From positions 75,826,001-75,890,000 of the forward strand of contig NC_043001.1 of the NCBI RefSeq assembly GCF_006345805.1: 64,000 bases of DNA, read 5' to 3'. The notes beneath the pieces were generated by a model, which searched no databases, was not told the origin of the DNA, and saw nothing but the letters and a program-made list of their open reading frames with translations. Of the stretch, positions 39,831 through 51,825 are shown piece after piece. Made by a program: the position numbers and the translations under genes. Every line of letters begins with the position of its first letter. Positions within the stretch are counted from its first letter, which is position 1. This DNA comes from Octopus sinensis (Eukaryota).

Positions 39831-40578
39831 GTAATTATGCAAGTTGGCTCCCACAAAATGGAACCTCTTTCATTGAGACTAAACGACGTTGTGTTTGATT
39901 TATAGAAAAAAGGTCTTTGAAACTGTCGGAAAGAAGACACAAACGTAAGAAAAGTATTAAAGCAAGCGGCCACAATTCTTTCTGTTTTTTATTAGATTTC
40001 ATTTATCATTGTTGCCTTCTTTTCATAGTGTTCGTTCCTCAGACGCGCATGCGCATTTATCACTTTTTCTTAACATACACAACATGAAAAACAAAACAGC
40101 AAAATGGCTACTTTTCAAGATTCTCAAATTTCCGTTTCTTCTCAAGTTTATTCTATTTCGGTTCTTTTTTCTTTCTTTCTTTTTTTGTTTTTGTCATTTA
40201 TTATTTTCGTAACTCTTTTTCTTTGTTCTTTTCATTCCTTGTCTGGCTACTATTTTTCTTTTTCAGTGTTTCTTTTTCTTTTATATAATATTTTTATTTT
40301 CTATAGTTTCTTGTTTCTCTGTTACTTGTTCTATAATGAAGATTATGTCGTAAAATTGCCAAATTGTTCGTGATTTATTCCATATGTCAGTGATGATGAA
40401 TAAAGAGACAGCTTAACACGAATAAAGCTATCGGAATCATTGTTAACAGCTCTGTTGGAATTAAAACTCTCTTTCGGTTTCACTCTTTCTCTATCTATCA
40501 CTCCCCCCTTTCTCTTATCCTGTCTCTCAATCTTTCTCTCTTTACACACACACAGACATATGTGCATATATATATAAT

Positions 40579-40644
<66 letters not shown>

Positions 40645-40740
40645 GCTATTATTATATATATATAGAGAGAGAGAGATAGAGAGATAATATATATGCATAT
40701 ATATACATATATATATAATATATATATAAATATATATTTG

Positions 40741-40772
<32 letters not shown>

Positions 40773-41043
40773 GTGTGTGTGTGCGCGCGTGTGTATATAT
40801 ATATTACACCTTTCTCTCTCTCTCTCTCTTTCTCTCTCTCTCACACATACACACACACACACAAACACACATCTTTAGGGATGTCAGGCATTGAGGTGAA
40901 TCATCAACTGAAGACAGGCAGCCAGACAAACAGACAAAACAGAGAGACCGATGGAAAGGTGGATTGGAGTGTTTGTGCTTTCATAGGCGTTGGTTCGGGC
41001 AAGTCGGCTGTTTGGAGGGCAGACGCTGATAGGCGAGCTGCTG

Positions 41044-41126
<83 letters not shown>

Positions 41127-41173
41127 CGAGAATCAGACAGACAAACAAACAAACACACATAGACACACACACG

Positions 41174-41205
<32 letters not shown>

Positions 41206-41419
41206 CACATTGATGTAAGAAAAAACAAAAGAGAGTGATTGACAAATGTGAGACATACATTATATCTATACATGATGACTGATTACGTAGGGATGCCATA
41301 CACAGAAACATAATAGTAAAGTGCTAACATATTTAATGTAGAAAGAAGAGACATTTCCGTTAACTGTTATTACCGATGCGTTGAGGAAAGGTAAATATAG
41401 GCGTCATAATAAATCTTCT

Positions 41420-42120
41420 TCCCAATTTTTGCACAAGGCCAGCAATTTCGAGGAGAAGGGAGAGTCAGTTACATCAAACCCAGAGCTCAAATGTTACATT
41501 TTTTATCGACCTTGAAAAGATGACAGGCAAAGTCGCCCTCGGTGACAGTTAAACTTAGAACCGCTGAGTATTTTGTCCGACGCCGTAACGATTCCGCTAA
41601 CGAACCACCTCTATAGGTCAAATAACGAAAGCAGCGAGCTGGCAGAATCGTTAGCATGCTGGACAAAATACTTGGCGGTATTTCGCTCATAGGGCGGCGA
41701 GCTGGTAGAAACGTTAGCACGCGCAGTCACATATAGTTGCAGTTCCCCCTCCCCATACTTCCCTCAGAGTTGGTATTGTTGCTGATGAAGGCGGTGAGCT
41801 GGCAGAAACATTAGCACGCCGGGCGAAATGCGAAGCCGTATTTCGTCTGCTGTTACGTTCTGAGTTCAAATTTCGCCGAGGTCGACTTTGCCTTTCATCC
41901 TTTCGGGGTCGATAAATTAAGTACCAGTTAAGCACTGGGGTCGATGTAATCGACTTAATCTGATTGTCTGTCCTTGTTTGTCTTCTCTGTGTTTAGCCCC
42001 TTGTGGGTAGTAAAGAAATAGGTATTTCGCTCATCTTCTCGTTCTAAGTACCAAACACTGGGGTCAATGTAATCGACTTACTCCTCTACTGAACTTGCTG
42101 GTTTTGTGCCAAAATCTCAA
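41420..42120. mobile_element. Cluster of family B SINE copies and fragments in both orientations
   Basis: Minus copy about 41455-41610, truncated plus heads at about 41632 and 41692, plus copy 41790-42020. Confidence 0.8.
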
Positions 42121-42681
42121 TGAATATAAATGTAATGGAGTAATATAATATGGAGGGTTACTTTGTATGTTAATTAGCAGTTTCTAATTTAGGCACGTAC
42201 CTAGTAATTTTTGAGAGGAAAGAGTTAGTCGATGATATCGAACCTAGGATTTGGTGTTTAGATATCACCTGCAGAAGGAGAAAATGCAATGATGGCCTGA
42301 GTCATCATTGCATGAACTCAGATCATAAAGAGATAAAAAAAAACAATACCGTAGACATTTTGGCTGACGCTCTAAAGGTTTGCCTGTGAGATGAGCAAAC
42401 CATACGCTCGAATAATAAAATACATGGTGGGAATACGAAACATTAATAGTAAGTTTCAGTCTTATAATCCTCCTCGGAGAAGCATAAACTTTTCTATTGC
42501 CCACCAGATCTATCTGCCTTTCTCGCTTTAAGTACATTTCTCTCACTCGTTATATATATATATATATATACTTTGATACTTTGATAGGTTTCGGCCATTA
42601 TTGGCCCAGGCCATGTCTAACTTAATAGCACCATATATATATATATATATATGCATGTATATATATATATGTATATATATG

Positions 42682-42715
<34 letters not shown>

Positions 42716-42896
42716 TGTATGTATATGTATGTATGTGAATAAAACTAATAATTATATTGCTTATATATATATATTAATATATAAATCTATTATATAAATT
42801 CTTATAATTTTTTATCCTATGCTGACTACCTGATAATAATCACTAACGTGATTTTTATCCTTATTTTATGAGTATGTCTATCTATCTATCTATCTA

Positions 42897-42952
<56 letters not shown>

Positions 42953-42956
<4 letters not shown>

Positions 42957-43185
42957 TGGGATTACCATTAAGTGGACATCCATTATGCTAGAAGTAGACC
43001 CCTATGGTCTTACCACTTAGAAAGGATTGTTCTCAAGAAAATTTAGCAAACGCCAGAACGTAAGTGTCCTCGCTTACGTTCTGGCGTTTGCTAAATTTTC
43101 TTGAGAACAAGCCTTTCTTAGTGGCAAGACCATAGACAGTCTACTTCTAGCATAATGGATGCCTACTTAGTGTCAATCGTCTTAT
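42953..43185. mobile_element. Palindromic element with arms of about 112 bp and an 8-nt loop, next to (TA)n
   Basis: ...aagaaaatttagcaaacgccagaacgtaag(tgtcctcg)cttacgttctggcgtttgctaaattttctt...; substitution differences in the distal arms. Confidence 0.8.
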
Positions 43186-44770
43186 ATGTACGTAATATAT
43201 TTTTTCTGAATCTTCAGATTCCTCAATATGCTAGACCACTGGTTTTAAATTGATATTAATCAAATTAACAGTCAATTTTTCACCCTTATTATATATATAT
43301 AATATATATATATATATACATATAAGCAGTTTTAGAGACAGAACCACCTTCAACTGAATCAACACTGAAAGATTTTGTACCCAACCACTCCATAAAATTT
43401 TACATATTATACTAACTATATCTATTCTGAATCCCGTATTTCCCGTTTATAAGACTACACGTGTTTCATGAAATTACGTCGGTATTGATTAGATACGAGG
43501 TATCTATTTTCAATACTTAATTGGGTCGACATGCTCCCAATCTTCAGGTCTAGATTCCTCAACATTTTTCAGTAACCCAACGTCTTATATACCTCCATGA
43601 TACTTTTTATCATCAATATAGTTTTACTTAACATATACAAATAAATAGAAATACAAATAATAAATAAAAATAGTAACTGAATATTAAAAATTTAAGGAGT
43701 AAAATTTTTACTCCTTAAATTGTTGTAGTTGTTGTTGGTGGTGCTCGTATTGTTTTTCGTTGCCCTTGTGCTGAAGTCCTCTGGTAGTTGATATTCCGAC
43801 AATCCCGTCCATATTGTTTGCGTATTTATGTTGATTCTTACCATGCTGAGATTGTTGTTGTTGCTGTTTTATGCACTTGAGTTTGTTGTTAGAGTGTTTG
43901 TTACACGCAGGGTTTACTCGGCAGTATTCTTGTTGGATATGTGTCATGAATCTGTTTCTTTCGTGTGGTGTAGTGGTGTTTTCGGTAGGATACCTTCGTT
44001 TCTAGTACTGGTTGATTTCTTTGTATATTTTCTTTTTGATATTTTCTAACATCGTATGTTTTAGTTTTCTTGCTTGATGTTATGTATGTCCAAGCCGTTT
44101 GACAGCCGAATTAGCAGATTTCGTGCATAGCCTGGAGGAGATGCATGCTTTAATGAAGTGGACCTGTCGGGTAGCTATTTTGATTTTTAGACATCAGATC
44201 ACAATGTCTTTCAGCGTCTTCCTGGCTTGACCAAAGCTTATTTCATTTCGTTTTGGCCTTTGGTTTGCAAGATTCTTTATATGAATTCGTGTATTGAAGC
44301 ATATTTTATTGTCTTGGGAGTGTCGTTCTATTTTAATGCCTTATTAACACACTCCACTGGTTCGTTTTTCACTCATTTACTTATATAGTTTCTTTAAAAT
44401 TCTCGTTGCTTCTTGCAACCTCTTTAATAGACGTTGACTCTGTCCGTTATCGGAGCTGCTTTCTTTTTGTTTGATTGTTTGTTTGTTTATTTGTTTGTGC
44501 GCATGTGTGTGCGTCAGTGTACATGTGTATACACATATGTATGTGTGTATATGTATGTATTCATGTACGCATGTATGTATATATGCGTGTTCGTGTGTAT
44601 GCATATATATATATATATATATATGTATGCATGTGTGTACGTTTGTATGTAAATATTCTGCATATTCATGTGTCTCTGTGTTCATATATATATAGACGTG
44701 TAGACGTGTGCATGTATGTGCGTGTGTGCATGTTTATGTAAACGTGTATGTGTACTTATATATATATATA

Positions 44771-44814
<44 letters not shown>

Positions 44815-45072
44815 CATGTATGTATGTATGTATACACGCAATGACGTTCAATGTAAATACATATTCATATAGCCATACATACGTCCATATCCATTGTAGG
44901 TAGCGATCTGGGGAAGTACCCAATAGAAACGTGGAGTGAAGTAGTTTTATTTGAACCAATCTAATGATTTCTAACTAACCGCCTTCTTCCTGTGTCCCTC
45001 CTCTATTTTTTGTTTTCTGTTATGCACACCCAATTTCTTTTGTCACTCCTACTACAATTCTCTTTTATTTCA

Positions 45073-45110
45073 TTCCTTTGACGAAAGACTGACGTCTGAA
45101 ACGTCTGGGG
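45073..45110 (+). ncRNA. Degenerate minimal hammerhead (C3U) in a probable Penelope-like end
   Basis: UUGACGA-A-AGAC(UGAC)GUCU-GAAACGUC/UGGG; weak stem I. Confidence 0.5.
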
Positions 45111-45274
45111 AGTTAATCCCCTTTCTTTTTCAAGTGAGGCGTGAAACTAATACCGTATTTGTCAGACATCGTTCTTTTCGTGTTGTTTTATTATTTTATA
45201 TACTCTCTTACTCCTTCGCTCTCTTTCCCTCTATATGTAAAGAAAGACGCAGACAGAGAGACAGACAGACAGAC

Positions 45275-45393
<119 letters not shown>

Positions 45394-45481
45394 GCAGACA
45401 GACAGATAGATAGCTATATATATATAATATATATAAATAAATAGAGAGATATATATATACATACATACATACATACATACG

Positions 45482-45587
<106 letters not shown>

Positions 45588-46032
45588 TCCTGTTTTTCTT
45601 TTGATAAATATGCTCTATCACCTACACCACTAACTGGCATATACAGGTGCTTACAGTTATCAAGTATTCACCCTGAATTTTTTGTAGATAGATAGATAGA
45701 TAGACAGACATACAAATTATTCATACAATATATTGTGTTTATAGAATGTTTAATAAACTTTATTTGTTTCAAATATTGTTTTACTATTCTTATCATATTT
45801 CTGCCGGAAGGCTTACATTTACTCTTATATACACACGTTTGTTCAGAATTCAGATATAAGAAACTCCGTGTAAAGACGAAAAGAGATATTTGCCTGAAAT
45901 AAAAATGATTGATTATACATACAAACGTATGTACATACATGTACGTGCAAGCGAATAAACTAATACACCTGTTTTGTTGTTTACACACCCGTCTTCGTCT
46001 TTTGTTTTGTATTTTTGTTTTTTGTAAATTCC

Positions 46033-46103
<71 letters not shown>

Positions 46104-46294
46104 TATGTATGTATATATTTATATATATATATATATATGCACTATATGCATTATATGCATTATATGCATATATATACTTATATACATATATATGCAAATG
46201 TACATAAGTACATGAACACCCACGCATATATATATATATATATATACATACACATAAATATATACATACATACTTACAGATACACATGTGTGTG

Positions 46295-46383
<89 letters not shown>

Positions 46384-47274
46384 ATGTGTGTGAATTTTTT
46401 TCAAACAATCACATAGCTTGACACTCCTCATGTATGGAAATCCGTCTAGCTTCAAATTAACATTTTGATTCTGTTTCTAACAAAAGACTTCCTGAAATTA
46501 AATTCTTCTCTCAATTTCACAATGATTGATCTGAAAGATTATTAATCTGTAAAACTTTTAAAACTCATGTACCGTTTGTGAAAACGTCGGATATAAGTTG
46601 ACGTAAGGGGCTCTGAATTGATCTGAGCGACTAACCGGATATATTCATTTCCCTTTGCTGTGAAGGCACAACGTGAAATATCCTGCCCACTTCCTCTTGT
46701 ATAACAATGATAACTAAACTATAGAGCTCAGCCGTGCGTATATTCAGTATTATTGACCCGTCGGACGGTCGAACGACCGACTATGGTCGTGGAAGATTGC
46801 TGTAATGTTTATCTCGATAAAAGAGATGGCTTGAAATATGGTTTTGTGACAATGATAAAGGAACTTTCTTATAGCACATCGACAATTGTTGTTAACAAGG
46901 TGAAAGAGAGAGAGGGAAAAAGTAGCTGATAAGTTCGAAGGGTTAGTTCGAAGCTAACTATATGTCCAGTCAGCCATAATGGTTCGAGGAGTTGATGTAC
47001 GGCTTTGCATGACATTTAAGGTCATATTGCCTTGTGTGTATGTGTGTTTATGCGTGCATACCCGTTTGTATCTCTGTGTACAAGTGCGTAGACTTGCGTA
47101 TGAACCTGCATGTACCTTGTATGTGGTATATGTGTGTTTGTTTCTAAGTTTGACAGACAGAGTAGCAGATATACAGCTTTGTGTGACATTTAAGGTCACA
47201 TTACTATGTATGTGCATATAATATATAATACATAATATATTTAAATACATCTGCACATATATATAAACACACAC

Positions 47275-47315
<41 letters not shown>

Positions 47316-47519
47316 CATGTTTGTGTGTGTGTGTGTATCTGTCTATTTGTGGGTTTGTGTTTGAGAGAGAGAGAACAAAGAGGGAAAGTAAGAGGTTGAG
47401 AGATGAAATACAGAAATTACAATCGATTCATCGTCAAATCTCAACTGATTCACACTAAACCAGCCAATTACCGATATAATATTAAGTAATATGTTAAAAG
47501 AGAAGTTTTAAATATGGCA

Positions 47520-48006
47520 GCAATACTAATGGAAGTGGTGGCGGTGGTGGTGGTGGTCGTGGTGGTGGTCGTCGTCGTCGTCGTTGTTGTTGTCACTGTC
47601 ATCGCTTTTGTAGTTGTGGTCGTGGTCGTGATTGATGTCGTCTGGAAGATATAGTTAGCGTTGGTGATGGTTGCGGTGGTTGTGACAGCAATGAATTTGC
47701 TTGTGTTGTTGTTTTAGTTTGTGGTAGTGGGAGTGAAAATTGGGAAAGGATGGAGGTGGTGATGCTACATAATATATATAACGGTGTTGTTGTTGGTAGT
47801 GGTGCTGGTGGTATTGGTGGTGGTGGTGGTGGTGGTGATGATACATAATATATATAACGTTGATGTTGTTGTCGTTGTTGTTGGTGGTGGTGGTGGTGAT
47901 GGTATTGGTGATGATGGTGGTGGTGGTGGTGGTGGTGGTGATGGTGGTGATGGTGGTGGTGGTGGTGCTGATTGTAGTGGTGGTGATGATACATAATATA
48001 TATAAC

Positions 48007-48039
<33 letters not shown>

Positions 48040-48175
48040 GTGGTGGTGGTGGTGGTGGTGGCGGCGATGGTGGTGGCGGTGATGGTGGTGGTGGTGGTGG
48101 TGGTGGTGGTGGTGGTGGTGGTAGTAGTGGTGGTTATAGGAATGGTGAGGATGGCAATAGTGGTAGTGGTATAGC
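47520..48175. repeat. Compound (GGT/GTT/GAT)n microsatellite with three AT-rich spacers tacataatatatataacg
   Basis: Spacer at about 47767, 47841 and 47990. Confidence 0.85.
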
Positions 48176-49109
48176 CTTAAATAAACATATTATTAGCGAG
48201 CCAGCAGAATTGTTAGCACGCCAAGCTAAACGCGTAGTGGCATTTCGTCCGCCTTTACGTGTGCTGCTAAGTTCAAATTCTGCCGAGGTCGACATTGCCT
48301 TTCATCCTTTTTAACACCTGGTCCTTACTCTATCGGTCTCTGTTGATGGACCGCAAGATTTCAGGAACGCAAACAAGCCAATACAGATTCTAAAATAGTG
48401 ATGGGGGACAAATACGAGCACAATAGACAAGAAGACACGCACACACCCAGATATACATGTGTGTGTGTATGTTTGTGTTCGTGTGTGTGTGTGGTAAACT
48501 ACACATTTCAAATATAAAAAAAAATAGCGAAGATATTTTGAAGACTTTCCGACATACTTCTTGAGAAATAACACCACGAGACATCTTTTCTCTCTTTTCT
48601 ATATTGGCTTCCAGATACTCACAAGGTCTTGGTCAACCTGAGACTATAGTAGATGACACCTGCCCGAGGGGTCATGCAGTGGGACTGAACCCGAAATTTT
48701 GTGGTCGGCAAGAAAACTTCTTACCACACAGCTACGCCTTGTTTTAGCACAATCTGTTTTAATGAACCAATATGATTATCAAATATTTGGGGAGCAAACC
48801 ACAAATTTAACAAATTATAGGAATTTTCAAGCGTGTCTACTTCATCAGAAGCTGATTTGTGTTTTCATTTCACTTCTTAAAAAAAGCAAGAAAATTGATG
48901 CAGATTGTTGCAGTGTTTGCGGAACACATCGGGTGCATTCACTTGCGAACAGAAGATAAATACAGACCATTTCGTCCACTCTAGGTTCAAGACCATGACA
49001 GACATATGGGTACCGTCAGAGCTAACGAATACAGGATATTAGTGATGCAAGAGAGATATGTGCCACCGCGTCAGTTATCGGGTTCGATGCAAGTGTATGT
49101 AATGATAGA

Positions 49110-49123
49110 TAACAGTGATGATG

Positions 49124-49185
<62 letters not shown>

Positions 49186-49803
49186 GAGGGATAATGGTAG
49201 TGGTTTGATGGTTGTGGTGGCAGTGTAGTGACGATAGGAGTAGGAGTAGGAGTATGACGGTGACGATGATGACGATAGTGACGACGATGATAATGCTGGT
49301 GGTGGTGATGATGATGATGAGGACGATGATGACGATGGATGGTGGTGGTGCTGGTGCTGGTGCTGGTGATAGTAGTGGCGGCGGCGGCGACGAAGAGAAG
49401 GCCTTTGATGGTGACGATGACGACGACATTAATAATGGTGGTGACGGTAGTGATGATGTTGATGATGACGATGATGATAATGATAGTAGTGGTGGTGGTG
49501 GTGGTGGTGGTGGTTGTGTAGATAGGAGAGACGAGAATGATGATATCTTAATGACTTTGTTTCGGTTACTGTTATTGTTATTTTTTGTTATTTTTCTTGC
49601 TACTAACAGTCGTGTTGTTATTGTCGCTGCTGTCGATGATGATGACAATGATGATGATGATCACGATGGTAGTGTTGGTAATGATATTGTTGAAACTAAC
49701 CCTTATGTTGATCTTAGTATTGGCGTTGTTGTTGCTGTTATTGTTGTGCCTGCTATCAACGATGACGATGAGGACGGCGACGACAATGATGATGATGATG
49801 ATT

Positions 49804-49835
<32 letters not shown>

Positions 49836-49930
49836 AGTGGCGCTAGTGGTATTTATGTAGTTAGCACTGTTTGCTACTGTTGTTGTTGTTGTAGTTGTTG
49901 TTGTTGTCGCTGTTGTTGTAGACGTTACTC
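49110..49930. repeat. Compound trinucleotide low-complexity tract
   Basis: (GAT)n, (GGT)n and (TGT)n runs. Confidence 0.9.
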
Positions 49931-50090
49931 AAATTTCAACATTGATGTTCGTTATAGTTTTCTATTTTCGCTTCTATTTTTACCGTTTAGGAAGTTCCCG
50001 CCCATTTTTACGCTTTCAACATATTTCGTGTAGATTTTAAACAAAATATAACAAACATCAAACACAACTTATCGCTTGAGACACAACAAA

Positions 50091-50600
50091 TTATATTATT
50101 ATTATTTCACATACGCACAATAGATTAGAAAAGAAAAAAAATCCTAACGTCGGGCTACAAGTAACCTTAGATGCCAAGAACTTTCCTAAGTATCCTAGCT
50201 GTTCCTAATAACATTGTTTTCTAGAGCTGCGCTAGACGAGGCTTTATGCCTATTTCCTCTATCCATCTGTTCAAATCTTTAGGGATAGTTCCTAATGCAC
50301 CTACAGCTACAGGGATACATTTTACCCGCACTTTCCATAAACAATGTAACTCAAAGGCTTGGTCCTAGAATTTTGTTATTTTCTCTATGCCTTTCATATT
50401 GACTTACTCTTCATTTGGGAGTGTAAAGTCATTTACCTGACGCTTTCTATTCTCTTTGTCTACTACTACTAAATCAAGCAAGCCTTCTAGTTTCTATTAT
50501 TCTGTCAGTTTGAATGTTAAAATCCCATTTCTAGCACTTTGCTAGATTCATGCTCATACTATTTATCTGTATGATCAAATCCTAGCTTTCTTCATAACTC
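50091..50600 (-). mobile_element. 3' fragment of an RLE-type non-LTR retrotransposon (R4/Dong-like)
   Basis: Minus strand: WDFNIQTDRIIE.R..DLVVVDK, IEKITKF, CIPVAVGALGTIPK, LLGTARILRKVLGI*; ends in a degenerate (TAA)n tail. Confidence 0.8.
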
Positions 50601-50621
50601 CCAATGGATTATTTCCCCTGG

Positions 50622-51410
50622 GTTGGCGAGCTGGCAGAAACGTTAGCGCGCCGGGAGAAATGCTTAGCGGTATTTCGCTTGCCGTTACGTTCTGAGTTCA
50701 AATTCCGCCGAGGTCGACTTTGCCTTTCATCCTTTCGGGATCGATTAAATAAGTACCAGTTACGCACTGGGGTCGATATAATCAACTTAATCCGTTTGTC
50801 TGTCCTTGTTTGTCATCTCTGTGTTTCGCCCCTTGTGGGTTGTAAAGAAATAGGTATTTCGTCCGCCGCTACGTTCTGAGTTGAAATTTCGCCGAGGTCG
50901 ACTTTGTCTTTCATCCTTTCGGGGTCGATAAATAAAGTACCAGTTACGCACTGCGGTCGATGTAATCGACTTAATCCGTTTGTCTGTCATTGTTTGTCCC
51001 TCTATATTTAGCCCCTTGCGGGCAATAAAGAAATAAGAATCGTATGCTCACCGGTATTTTGTCTGTCTTTACGTTCAGAGTTCAAATTCTGCCGACGTCG
51101 ACTTTGCTTTTCCTCCTTTCGGGAGTCGATAAAACAAGTACCCCTTGCGCACTGGAGTCGATGTAACCGACAAGCCCTTCCCACCAAAAAATTCAGTCCT
51201 TGTGCCTATAACAGAAAGAATTATTATTATTCTCTTTATTAAGGTGGCGAGCTGGCAGAACCATTAGCACGTTTAGGGGAATTACGTCCGACTTAATGTT
51301 TTAATTTGAAATTCTTTCGAGGTCGATTTATTAAATATCAGTCAAGCACTAGATTGATGTAATCGACTAACCCCTTCCTGCAAAATTCCATGCTTTGTGC
51401 CAAGAGTAGA
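50622..51410 (+). mobile_element. Tandem array of family B SINE copies (about 4)
   Basis: 'ttacgttctgagttcaaattccgccgaggtcgactttgcctttcatcctttcgg' repeats at about 50685, 50870 and 51070, with a degenerate copy at 51243. Confidence 0.85.
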
Positions 51411-51624
51411 GAGGATTATTATTATGATTATGATAATTATTATTATCAAAAAAAATTACTCATCCATCCGCACCGAGATCTCAAGTGTCGATGAATCAAG
51501 TCAATCGATTTAATCAACTACTACTTTTCAAAATACTGCGTGCTTGTTGCGAAGTTAACAATTATTAGTAATATGTTTTTCTATGGTTTTATAATATAAT
51601 AGATAAGATGGTAGATAAAGATTC

Positions 51625-51825
51625 TTCCCGAGCCATATAGACTCATAGATGCCGGTTTCCTGGTTCATCGCAGGTTATCTCATTTTTGCCAACCGAGTGG
51701 ACTGAAGCAACGTGAAATGAAGGGTTTTGCTCAAGAACACAACGCGCCGCCCGGTCCGAGAATCGAAACTACAATCTTACGATCATGAGTTCAACACCCT
51801 AACCACTAAGCAACACGCCTCCACT
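51625..51825 (-). mobile_element. SINE, family C-related
   Basis: Homologous to 17002-17261. Confidence 0.8.

Noticed and set aside
41782-41815. CUGAUGA...GAAAC
   Set aside because: Chance juxtaposition of flank with the family B SINE head; no stem II or stem I.
47760-48010. Repeated 18-nt motif with variable spacers, superficially CRISPR-like
   Set aside because: Eukaryotic context, only three copies, and spacers are trinucleotide microsatellite.
48818-48855. Minus-strand CUGAUGA...GAAAAUUC
   Set aside because: Stems I and II do not pair.
49212-50033. Longest ORF (273 aa; poly-D/G/M/V/C)
   Set aside because: Trinucleotide low-complexity tract that is open in several frames on both strands, with no domain content.
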